This document shows, one piece after another, positions 39,656 to 47,971 of a stretch of DNA of 64,000 nucleotides (positions are counted from its first letter, which is position 1; each line of letters starts with the position of its first letter). The stretch is from an uncultured Patescibacteria group bacterium. Its GTDB lineage: Bacteria > Patescibacteriota > Minisyncoccia > Phycocordibacterales > UBA918. The position numbers were made by a program, and so were the translations under genes. Under the pieces are notes generated by a model that made no database searches, was not told the origin of the DNA, and was given only the letters and a program-made list of their open reading frames with translations. The DNA is taken from assembly GCA_934699595.1 (NCBI GenBank), contig CAKUWT010000003.1, forward strand, positions 10,130 to 74,129, read 5' to 3'.

Positions 39656-39817
39656 TTTTTGACTCAAGCTGCTGACTCAAGTTTGGCGAACCCAAGGCCC
39701 TGTGATACACTGAACTTATGAAAAAATTTGTCACTAATTTCTTTTGGTATTGGTTTACGCGAGTGGGAGCGCCAGCTTTTTCTACGGTAACCATTACGGA
39801 ATAATTGTGGTTTGAGG

Positions 39818-39868
39818 AAAAAGTGCGGAGCTTCCCAAGTATGGGAAGCTCCGCACTTTTTATTTTCC
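39818..39868. terminator. 20-bp perfect stem hairpin (aaaaagtgcggagcttccca agta tgggaagctccgcacttttt) + T-run; bidirectional
   Basis: Exact inverted repeat with flanking A and T runs, seen in sequence. Confidence 0.6.
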
Positions 39869-39987
39869 TTTCAGGACTCACTCTAATTTACTTTTTAAGA
39901 TTATTGTTGGCTGCTCCTAAGTAAAAACTTCTTCTTAACTTAGGAGCAGCTCGCAATCAGGCGAGTTGTAAAATTAGGAGAGTAGCG

Positions 39988-40179
39988 ATGTCTAGAGCAG
40001 CTGGTTTTGGAGCAAGTCACCAACCACAACAAAAGCCGAACGGCTGGGGAAGTGCCACAAAGGAGATGGGGACCGATCCTGCTTCCGACTTGGATGCAGA
40101 ATGGAACCTGCGCCAAGGCGACCGCCAGCCAGTAACCCCAATAGATCGACATAATCCAGCCTTCCGTGTAGATCTTTGA
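39988..40179 (+). CDS. small hydrophilic GC-rich orphan ORF (63 aa)
   Basis: ATG preceded by TTAGGAGAG RBS, elevated GC. A 13-bp inverted repeat (39912-39924 / 39938-39950) lies upstream. Confidence 0.35.
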   Translation: MSRAAGFGASHQPQQKPNGWGSATKEMGTDPASDLDAEWNLRQGDRQPVTPIDRHNPAFRVDL

Positions 40180-40300
40180 ACATCAAATCCTGAACTGTTC
40201 TTTACCACAAGGTACGTCCCTCTCAGGGCGTGCCTTTTCTATTATCGACTACCTCAACAATAGTTTATTTCATCCGTTTTTATGTTAAGATGAACCTAAT

Positions 40301-42493
40301 ATGGCTATACTTAAGGACGATTCTAAAAATAATCTCGGAAACAATTTATCAGATATTTTCCTCACCCCTTATGACGCGGCAGCTCATGAGCAGAGCATTT
40401 ACCAGCTCTGGGAACAGAGTGGCTATTTTAACCCTGACCGAATGGTTGCTGACGGCTTAACTGACGTCACTGCCGAACCGTACAGCATTGTTATGCCGCC
40501 ACCAAACGCCAACGGTCGCCTACATGCTGGTCACGGTACCGATATGACCCTAAAGGACATCATGGTGCGGTATCATCGCCTGCAAGGTCGCCGCACCCTT
40601 CTCTTACCCGGTAGTGATCACGCCGGCTTTGAAACCCAGGGTGTGTTTGAGAAGAAACTGCAAAAAGAGGGCCGCTCTCGCTTCGGCATGGAGCGCGAGG
40701 CGCTTTATCAAGAGATCTACGATTTTGTCGTGGAAAATAAGGGCACGATGGAGGATGATATCCGTGCCCTGGGCGTCTCTTGTGACTGGTCTCGCAACAC
40801 TTTCACTCTTGATCCGAAAGTGGTAAAAACCGCGCAGGCTACTTTCATTAAAATGTACAATGACGGACTAATCTACCGTGGCACTCGCAGCATTCATTGG
40901 AACCCCAAGTTTAAGACCTCCCTATCCGATATAGAGACCTGTTTTGAAGAGCGGACTGAACCTTTCTATTATTTCCAATATGGACCGTTCGTTATCGGGA
41001 CCTCTCGTCCCGAGACCAAGTTTTCTGATAAATATATTGTCGTGCATCCAGACGATCCCCGATATTCTCAATACAAACATGGGCAAGAATTTGAGGTAGA
41101 GTGGATTAATGGTCCAATTACCGCCACCCTTCTTAAGGATGAAGTGGCTGATATGGAGCTCGGGACTGGAGCGATGACCATTACTCCTTGGCACAGCCAG
41201 GTAGATTTTGAGTTAGCTGAGAAGTATAACCTACCATTGGAACAAATCATCGACTGGGACGGCAAGCTGTTACCAGTAGCGGGAGAATTTGCCGGCATGA
41301 GTATTGTTAATGCTCGACCGCTCATTGTTGAAAAACTAAAAGAGAAAGGCCTGTTGGTAAAAATTGATGAAAACTATCACCACGCCGTACGACTTTGCGA
41401 GCGTACCGGAGTTGTGGTAGAGCCGCAAGTAAAAGCCCAGTGGTTTGTACAGATGGACGACTTGGCCAAAATGACCTTAGATGCGCTGGACCAAAAACGT
41501 TTCCGCTTCCTCACTGAAAGCCACGAAAAAATCTTTCGTCACTGGATGGCTAATCCACAAGATTGGAACATTTCTCGTCAGATTGTCTGGGGTATTCGTA
41601 TTCCCGCCTGGTTTAAGTATGACGAGCATGGTGAAGTAACTGAGACCATTGCTAGTCTAGAACGCCCTGAAGGCGACGGCTGGGAACAAGATCCGGACAC
41701 CTTTGATACCTGGTTCTCCAGCGGACAGTGGCCTCTTCTCACCCTTAACTATCCTGAGGGTGAAGATTTTAAGACTTACTACCCCACCAACGTCATGGAA
41801 ACTGGTGCCGACTTAGTCTTTAAGTGGGTGCCACGGATGCTGATGTTTGGCCTCTATCTAACCAACCAGGTACCATTTAAAGATATCTACTTCCACGGTA
41901 TGGTGCTTGATAAACACGGCAAAAAAATGAGTAAGAGCAAAGGTAATGTTCTTTCCCCTATCGACCTAGGTGAAGAATTTGGGACTGACGCTACCCGCAT
42001 GGCTTTTGTGGTAGCCAACCCGCCTGGTGCTGACATGCCACTCTCTGAAGACAAAGTACGTGCCTATAAGAAGTTCGCTAACAAGCTCTGGAACATCACT
42101 CGTTTCATTCTTGAAAATACAGCCGACTTCGATCCCCACAAAGAAACGATTTATAGTGAGACTGATAACGCCATCCTCCAAGAGCTGCAGTCACAAATAG
42201 ACACTATCGGTAAAGATATTGAAGAATACCGTCTCCATTTAGCAGCCGAAAAAATTTATCACTATATTTGGCATGAGTTGGCTGATAAGGTACTCGAGGG
42301 AGCTAAGGCCGTGCTACAAGGCGAAGACCGAGACGTCAAACACGCCCGTCAGGCCGTCCTCCGCACCTGTTTACGAGACAGCCTTATTGCCCTTCATCCC
42401 TTCATGCCGTTTATTACCGAAACTATCTGGCAAGAATTACCAGCTAATCTAAGGACTTCCAAGCTGTTAATGGTCGCTCAGTGGCCTAAATAG
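40301..42493 (+). CDS. valS: valine--tRNA ligase, short form lacking the C-terminal coiled-coil
   Basis: PPPNANGRLHAGHG (HIGH), DWNISRQIVWGIRIP, KMSKSKGNV; 730 aa. Confidence 0.85.
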   Translation: MAILKDDSKNNLGNNLSDIFLTPYDAAAHEQSIYQLWEQSGYFNPDRMVADGLTDVTAEPYSIVMPPPNANGRLHAGHGTDMTLKDIMVRYHRLQGRRTLLLPGSDHAGFETQGVFEKKLQKEGRSRFGMEREALYQEIYDFVVENKGTMEDDIRALGVSCDWSRNTFTLDPKVVKTAQATFIKMYNDGLIYRGTRSIHWNPKFKTSLSDIETCFEERTEPFYYFQYGPFVIGTSRPETKFSDKYIVVHPDDPRYSQYKHGQEFEVEWINGPITATLLKDEVADMELGTGAMTITPWHSQVDFELAEKYNLPLEQIIDWDGKLLPVAGEFAGMSIVNARPLIVEKLKEKGLLVKIDENYHHAVRLCERTGVVVEPQVKAQWFVQMDDLAKMTLDALDQKRFRFLTESHEKIFRHWMANPQDWNISRQIVWGIRIPAWFKYDEHGEVTETIASLERPEGDGWEQDPDTFDTWFSSGQWPLLTLNYPEGEDFKTYYPTNVMETGADLVFKWVPRMLMFGLYLTNQVPFKDIYFHGMVLDKHGKKMSKSKGNVLSPIDLGEEFGTDATRMAFVVANPPGADMPLSEDKVRAYKKFANKLWNITRFILENTADFDPHKETIYSETDNAILQELQSQIDTIGKDIEEYRLHLAAEKIYHYIWHELADKVLEGAKAVLQGEDRDVKHARQAVLRTCLRDSLIALHPFMPFITETIWQELPANLRTSKLLMVAQWPK

Positions 42494-42552
42494 TGTCTTT
42501 ATCCCTCTAAGTTTAATCAGGTTGAGACTAGTATTATGCTACACTACCAGCA

Positions 42553-43260
42553 GTGTCGGTATTTTTCAGCCTTGAATTCATCATAACCTTGGGGATTAGT
42601 CTGGTGCCAGCTTTTTTCTGGCTATGGTTTTGGCTACGTGAAGATAAGCAAAACCCTGAACCGCTACCGATTATTCTCTTAGCTTTCGTGGCCGGTATGG
42701 CTGTAGTCCCTCTCGCTCTTCCTCTACAAAAACTAGTCCTGGACACCTACAGCCACACCAATTTGCTTTTCTTGTGGGTAATAATTGAAGAAACTCTCAA
42801 GTACATCTTAGCATTGGGTTTGATTTTTTGGCGTCATGAGGTTGATGAACCCGTCGATATGGTGATTTACATGATCGCAGTAGCTCTCGGTTTTGCTTGT
42901 CTCGAGAATGCTCTCTATATGTTTAACCCCTTTCTGCTTGGTGATTACTTCGATGTCGCCTTGAATGGCGCGCTCCGCTTTGTGGGTGCCACCCTACTTC
43001 ACGTCCTATCTTCAGCTACAGTCGGTATCTTCCTGGCTTTCACTTTTTATAAGCGAGCTGGCACCAAACTACTCGCCAGTATGTTAGGGTTATGCCTAGC
43101 CATCACCTTGCACACCATCTTTAACTTTTTTATAATGAATAGTAACGGCGGGTCGGTACTGTCTGTTTTCCTTTTTGTTTGGGTAGGAGTAGTCATTCTC
43201 TTTTTCCTGTTTGAAAAAATAAAACAATTAGATCTCTATAGTAGTCATTATTTAAATTAA
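42553..43260 (+). CDS. PrsW-like intramembrane metalloprotease family membrane protein
   Basis: EETLK (EExxK), GFACLEN and a His within TM helices; GTG start as in the track. Confidence 0.4.
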   Translation: MSVFFSLEFIITLGISLVPAFFWLWFWLREDKQNPEPLPIILLAFVAGMAVVPLALPLQKLVLDTYSHTNLLFLWVIIEETLKYILALGLIFWRHEVDEPVDMVIYMIAVALGFACLENALYMFNPFLLGDYFDVALNGALRFVGATLLHVLSSATVGIFLAFTFYKRAGTKLLASMLGLCLAITLHTIFNFFIMNSNGGSVLSVFLFVWVGVVILFFLFEKIKQLDLYSSHYLN

Positions 43261-43263
43261 TTT

Positions 43264-43776
43264 ATGAAGAAACCCTCATTTTTTGAAAGATTAACTGGCG
43301 CCATCCCTGTCGACGATTTCGATAAGTCTTTTGATGATGACAGCGAGTTTGATAACTACGATCACCACGACGATCTGGATCTCAGTGACAACTGGCAAGG
43401 GGTCGAAGAAGAAGTTGTAGACGATGCTCCGGAAGAGGGCGAGCTTCCTGTCGATATGTACCAAACCAACGACGCAATTATTATCCGGGCTCTGGTGGCT
43501 GGAGTTAATCCCAATGACATTGAAATCAATATCACTCGTGACATGGTCACGATCAGTGGCCAACGTGAAGAATTTCAAGAAGCGAGTGATGACAACTACT
43601 ACCACCGCGAGCTCTTCTGGGGTGGCTTTACCCGCACCCTCCTCCTGCCTGAAGAAGTGATTATTGATGAGGCCTCCGCTGAAGAGAAGCACGGCTTTTT
43701 GGAAATCCGCCTGCCTAAGCTAGATAAGAACCGCAGTACCCAATTGGAGGTTAAGCCTCATACTGCTAAAAAGTAG
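43264..43776 (+). CDS. Hsp20/alpha-crystallin small heat-shock protein
   Basis: Alpha-crystallin domain: PVDMYQTNDAIIIRA..ITRDMVTISGQREE..GGFTRTLLLPE..HGFLEIRLPK. Confidence 0.8.
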   Translation: MKKPSFFERLTGAIPVDDFDKSFDDDSEFDNYDHHDDLDLSDNWQGVEEEVVDDAPEEGELPVDMYQTNDAIIIRALVAGVNPNDIEINITRDMVTISGQREEFQEASDDNYYHRELFWGGFTRTLLLPEEVIIDEASAEEKHGFLEIRLPKLDKNRSTQLEVKPHTAKK

Positions 43777-43797
43777 TGGATTAAAACTCATAAAAAA

Positions 43798-43836
43798 TAA
43801 CAGCTTGGCAGGTGTGCCGAGCTGTTTTATTTTGCT
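43798..43836. terminator. bidirectional terminator (acagcttggca..tgccgagctgt + ttttatttt)
   Basis: Hairpin followed by a T-run between convergent hsp20 and the small ORF. Confidence 0.5.
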
Positions 43837-43859
43837 TGTTGTTTTTCAACAACTCTCCT

Positions 43860-44069
43860 CTACTTCTTTTTCTTTTGGCCACGAGTCACGCCCGCGGCTC
43901 CCTTGAACATGTCCCCAACGAGGTCCAGTGCCCAGCCGACAAACTGACGGATAGTTTTTATCCACCAGCCATTCACTCGAGAAAGATTCCTAAACCCTCC
44001 CGTGACGATGGCGAAGCCCACAGTCATAGTGTAGGCTGCTACCAGCAGCGTCAGAATGTCAGACATCAT
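43860..44069 (-). CDS. small two-TM membrane protein, GC-rich orphan, Lys-rich C-terminus
   Basis: 69-aa ORF with local GC above background; no family recognised. Confidence 0.35.
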   Translation of the reverse strand: MMSDILTLLVAAYTMTVGFAIVTGGFRNLSRVNGWWIKTIRQFVGWALDLVGDMFKGAAGVTRGQKKKK

Positions 44070-44156
44070 CGTCTCCTAAAAATGATTGCCCTTCCTACCT
44101 TCTACAATATCACGAATTTTTGATAAAGTCAAGATGACTAGATCTAAAATTTCTAG

Positions 44157-44229
44157 TGCTTGGGGCCGGACTTGAACCGGCGACCCCTTCCTCTTCAGGG
44201 AAATGCTCTACCAACTGAGCTACCCAAGC
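44157..44229 (-). tRNA. tRNA-Phe (anticodon GAA)
   Basis: Reverse complement folds as acceptor gcttggg/cccaagc, D-arm gctcagttggtagagc, anticodon loop ctGAAga, T-arm gccggTTCAAGTccggc. Confidence 0.85.
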
Positions 44230-44246
44230 AGTTTGTCTATTTTACT

Positions 44247-44255
44247 AGATTATCA
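44247..44255 (-). promoter_or_regulatory. extended -10 promoter (TGaTAATCT) for tRNA-Phe
   Basis: TGnTAATCT lies 17 nt upstream of the tRNA 5' end on the minus strand. Confidence 0.35.
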
Positions 44256-44285
44256 TTTATTTTCAACCTTGCTTTGCGGAGAATC

Positions 44286-44588
44286 CTACTGCCCTAACAG
44301 TTGCCGGATGTCATTGAAATTCTCACGAAAGTTTTCCACCGCCTCTCGACTGTCTGCTCCGCCAGTAATAGCCGTTTGAAAATTAGACAACGACTGTACC
44401 TGCGGCTTAATATAGTAGGTATAAAGGAGAATTGGCAACCCCAGTAGTATCAAGATGTAGAGAATCTTAAACCAAAATGCCCACCTAGCGTCGCGTCGCA
44501 TCTTCCGGAGAAATTGATTATTCTCCTTGGTGAGGCGGTAGGTTTCTAGCAAGACTTCCTCTAACTCATTCTCTGGTTCCAAATCCAT
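44286..44588 (-). CDS. hypothetical single-TM protein
   Basis: 100-aa ORF with ATG at 44586-44588; no motif recognised. Confidence 0.4.
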   Translation of the reverse strand: MDLEPENELEEVLLETYRLTKENNQFLRKMRRDARWAFWFKILYILILLGLPILLYTYYIKPQVQSLSNFQTAITGGADSREAVENFRENFNDIRQLLGQ

Positions 44589-44739
44589 AAGTGCTTTTAT
44601 AATACCAAACTAAGACTAATTATGCTATTGTGAGGTCGGTCACTGACTAAGCAATTGACCAAAAACAGCTCTGCCCTGGTAATTCAGTGGAGAGACCTGC
44701 CCCGTCTATCAGGAAAAACTGTGGGCTGGAACGTGGTTT

Positions 44740-44748
44740 TGGTATAGT
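44740..44748 (+). promoter_or_regulatory. extended -10 promoter (TGgTATAGT) for tRNA-Arg
   Basis: TGnTATAGT lies 23 nt upstream of the tRNA. Confidence 0.4.
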
Positions 44749-44771
44749 ACTAAAGTAGAGAGAATAAAATT

Positions 44772-44843
44772 GCCCCGGTAGTTCAATGGATAGAACAATT
44801 CCGTCCTAAGGAAAAAATGTGGGTTCGATTCCTGCCCGGGGCA
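44772..44843 (+). tRNA. tRNA-Arg (anticodon CCU)
   Basis: Acceptor gccccgg/ccggggc, anticodon loop gtCCTaa, T-arm gtgggTTCGATTcctgc (two G-U pairs). Confidence 0.8.
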
Positions 44844-45032
44844 CAGTTTGGCAGTAAATATTATTATGCTGTAAGGCTTTATTTTAAAATACTGAATGTT
44901 GTTCGGGTGAAAACAGTCTGGGGGACTGTTTTCGTGAATCGAAGCCTGATTGAGATATTTCTCAGGCGATAGCCGAAAGAAATATCCAATTGGGGTACTG
45001 AAATTGTAAGTTTCGATTCCTGCCCGGGGCAC
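44844..45032 (+). repeat. tRNA-3'-end-terminated structured element, copy Arg (~189 nt), ends with a 21-nt copy of the tRNA-Arg 3' end
   Basis: Hairpin 1 aaaacagtc tgggg gactgtttt (44910-44932), CGTGAATCGAAG, hairpin 2 gatatttc/gaaatatc (44954-44986) with loop ..GGCGATAGCCGAA.., 3' ttcgattcctgcccggggcac (45012-45032). Confidence 0.65.
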
Positions 45033-45149
45033 TAGTAGTTATGGAATACCGATACTATTCTACACAAGTTAACCCTTCGCAGTGTTGCGGAGGATTAACT
45101 TGTGGTATAAATAACGCTCTTTCTTGAACAGGAGTCGGTTCATCACTAA

Positions 45150-45192
45150 AAAACAAAACTCTCCCACATATGTATGGGAGAATTTTATTTTG
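45150..45192. terminator. bidirectional terminator (tctccca catatgta tgggaga with A/T runs)
   Basis: Hairpin with aaaaaacaaaac upstream and attttatttt downstream. Confidence 0.55.
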
Positions 45193-45223
45193 ACAATCTC
45201 TGTCTAGGTTCGATACTTTTTTC

Positions 45224-45472
45224 CTATTCCGCTGGAGCTACTTCGAGCAACTCACGCAACTTAGCCTCATCAAAGCCCACCAAAATGCTGTCGTCGATAC
45301 GGATAACTGGCACACCCATTTGGCCTGTCATCTCGATCATTTCTTGGCGCTTGTCAGTATCAGCCGCCACATCATGCTCAGTAAATTCTACACCATTCTC
45401 TTTAAAGAAATCTTTAGCCATGTGACAGTATTGACAAACGGGGGTACTATAAATGGTAACAGTTTTTTTCAT
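45224..45472 (-). CDS. glutaredoxin/NrdH-like thiol-disulfide oxidoreductase
   Basis: TIYSTPVCQYCHMAKDFF (CxxC in a thioredoxin fold); 82 aa. Confidence 0.8.
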   Translation of the reverse strand: MKKTVTIYSTPVCQYCHMAKDFFKENGVEFTEHDVAADTDKRQEMIEMTGQMGVPVIRIDDSILVGFDEAKLRELLEVAPAE

Positions 45473-45529
45473 AAAATTTATTCTTACTTAAGTCTTACTA
45501 AAAGGACTCCTGTATTGTACCAGAAAAAA

Positions 45530-45904
45530 CTACTCCCAGAAACGCCACCAGGGTTTCGCCGGCTCTACTTCTGGCAGCGGCTCTATCTTTCGCCCCTCTT
45601 CTTCATCAAGAATAATCACTACCTCTTCTCCAGGTTTGGTAACATCAAAATTACGTCGCATCTCCGCTTCAATACCTCGATCGCTAGATAAATACTCCAC
45701 TCGTTCCTGCAATCGGTCTTTACGCTCCCGCAGCTGCTCGGCCTTAGCCCCAATCTCTACCTGACGGTGATACATTTCTCTTTCCACAACATATCGTGCA
45801 TAGACGGCTCTTGCCACCAAAATACAAATAATTATGAGTATCAAGATACCCAGGTTGGAACGAAGAAAATGAAAAAAGGTTTTTCTTTGGTAAAACTGAG
45901 TCAT
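45530..45904 (-). CDS. FtsB/DivIC-like septum-formation initiator protein
   Basis: N-terminal TM, coiled coil, then ..EAEMRRNFDVTKPGEEVVI, which is typical of the DivIC/FtsB C-terminus. Confidence 0.5.
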   Translation of the reverse strand: MTQFYQRKTFFHFLRSNLGILILIIICILVARAVYARYVVEREMYHRQVEIGAKAEQLRERKDRLQERVEYLSSDRGIEAEMRRNFDVTKPGEEVVIILDEEEGRKIEPLPEVEPAKPWWRFWE

Positions 45905-46141
45905 ATGCTATGATACATTCTACTATGAGTTTCTTATATAACAAAAAGACAAGGAAGGTATTTAAGTGGGCATGGATTGTTTTAGCTGTTCTGATCTCCT
46001 TGAGTATGGTGGGTACCCTCTTTCTGTTCTAAGGTTGAGGTCTTATTAGAAAGTTAACAAAACCCAATAGGGCTACATCCCTCGGATGTAGCCCTATTGG
46101 GTTTATTTATTCAATCCCACCCCCTGAGGTTATCAACCAAT

Positions 46142-47926
46142 TTAATCGTTCTTCATCATCTGCAAGAAAACTTCTTGCGGAATATGCACCTTACCTTGCT
46201 CCAAAGCTCGCTTCTTGCCTTTCTTTTGTTTATCCAAAAGCTTTCTCTTTCTGGTAATGTCACCTCCGTAAAGATGAGCGGTGACATCTTTACGGAGAGC
46301 AGAGATCTTCCTAGTAGCAATAATCTTACCCATAATCTTGGCTTGGATCTTGGTGACGAACTGTTGCTTCGGGAGTGTGTGATAAAGCTTTTCCACCACT
46401 GCTTTCGCTTCTATTTCTGCTCGCATTATCCCTACTACTCGAGAAAAAGCCGGCATAATTTCCTCAGCAATCAGGACATCAAGACGAGCTACGTTGGCTG
46501 GACGCATTTCAGCAATTTCATAAGAAAGCGAACCGTAGCCACTGGAAGCATTCTTTAACTTATCAAAAAAACCTCGCATTAGTTCACGCAACGGCATCTC
46601 CAAAACCAACATAGTCCGCCCATCGATAAAAACCTCAGTATCAATTACACTCGCCTCGTGTTCGTACATTAGAGTCATAATATTACCAAGGTAGTCTGGT
46701 GGTGAAATCACCTGCCCCAAAATCCATGGCTCTCGCACCGAAACATTCGCACCATGGTCTGGAAAACGTGAGGCCGCATAAATCAATTCCGTCTTCCCAT
46801 CCTTATCCGTCACTTCGTAAGCGATAGACGGTGAAGTAATAATAATCTCCATAGAAAACTCTCGTCGTAGACGCTCAGAGATAATCTCCATATGCAACAT
46901 TCCTAAAAAGCCACACCGGAAACCACGACCTAGCACCCCTGAAGACTCTTCTTCAAAAGATAGTGACGAATCTGATAGATGTAAGCGATCAAGCGCTTGG
47001 CGCAAGATAGTAAAATCATCCTGACTCTCGGGGAAAATACTCGCCCAGACCACTGGCGGCACCGTGCTATAGCCTGGTAGGGCAGGTGCTTGACTATGCT
47101 CAAACCGGAGCGTATCCCCCACATTTGCCACTCCCGGCTCTTTGATACCAGTGACGATATAACCAATCTCCCCAGAGTGCAGACTACCAGTAGATAATTC
47201 TGCTGGTGACAAAACCCCCACCTCTAAAGCGGTAAATACCTTCCCAGTGGCGGCAAACTCAAGCTTGTCCCCTTTCTTTACCGAGCCTGAAAATACTCGT
47301 TGATAGACGATGATGCCACGATGGTTAGAGTACTGAAAATCAAAAATCAAACCACGGTAATCTTTGTCATCAACTTCGATTTGAGCAGCAGGAATACGCT
47401 CACAAATTACTTCTAACAATCTAGCGACTCCTTCCCCGGTTTTCCCCGAGACCGCTAGGACGTCTTCAGGCAAACAGTTCAAGAGACGGACCATCTCTTG
47501 TCGCACTTCTTCCACTCGTGCATGTGCCACATCCACTTTGGTCAAGACAGGAATAATTATTAGGCCGAGCTTCTTCGCCATATCTAGAGTAGTCAGAGTC
47601 TGCGCCTGGATGCCCTGAGTACTGTCTACCAAAAGCAGCACACCTTCAACCGCATTAAGCGCTCGCGAGACTTCATAAGAGAAGTCGATATGGCCAGGGG
47701 TATCTATCAGATTCAAAATGTACTCCTCACCCTGGTATTGATAATGCATCCGCACCGGTTGCATTTTGATGGTAATACCACGCTCCCGTTCTAGATCCAT
47801 AGAATCTAAAACTTGCGCCTTCATTGAGCGAGCCTCAACCGTTTTGGTCGATTCTAACAAGCGGTCAGACAGGGTACTCTTACCGTGATCAATGTGGGCG
47901 ATAATACTAAAGTTACGAATATTCAT
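46142..47926 (-). CDS. lepA: elongation factor 4
   Basis: NFSIIAHIDHGKSTLSDRLL G1 motif; 594 aa with EF-G-like domains. Confidence 0.95.
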   Translation of the reverse strand: MNIRNFSIIAHIDHGKSTLSDRLLESTKTVEARSMKAQVLDSMDLERERGITIKMQPVRMHYQYQGEEYILNLIDTPGHIDFSYEVSRALNAVEGVLLLVDSTQGIQAQTLTTLDMAKKLGLIIIPVLTKVDVAHARVEEVRQEMVRLLNCLPEDVLAVSGKTGEGVARLLEVICERIPAAQIEVDDKDYRGLIFDFQYSNHRGIIVYQRVFSGSVKKGDKLEFAATGKVFTALEVGVLSPAELSTGSLHSGEIGYIVTGIKEPGVANVGDTLRFEHSQAPALPGYSTVPPVVWASIFPESQDDFTILRQALDRLHLSDSSLSFEEESSGVLGRGFRCGFLGMLHMEIISERLRREFSMEIIITSPSIAYEVTDKDGKTELIYAASRFPDHGANVSVREPWILGQVISPPDYLGNIMTLMYEHEASVIDTEVFIDGRTMLVLEMPLRELMRGFFDKLKNASSGYGSLSYEIAEMRPANVARLDVLIAEEIMPAFSRVVGIMRAEIEAKAVVEKLYHTLPKQQFVTKIQAKIMGKIIATRKISALRKDVTAHLYGGDITRKRKLLDKQKKGKKRALEQGKVHIPQEVFLQMMKND

Positions 47927-47971
47927 AAAACTATCGGTTCGGCTAACTCTACCCCGTAACTGGTAAAAAAT

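Noticed and set aside
44709-45032. 107-aa minus-strand ORF from the track
   Set aside because: It overlaps tRNA-Arg and the structured element on the opposite strand and has no RBS or motif, so it is almost certainly an artefact.
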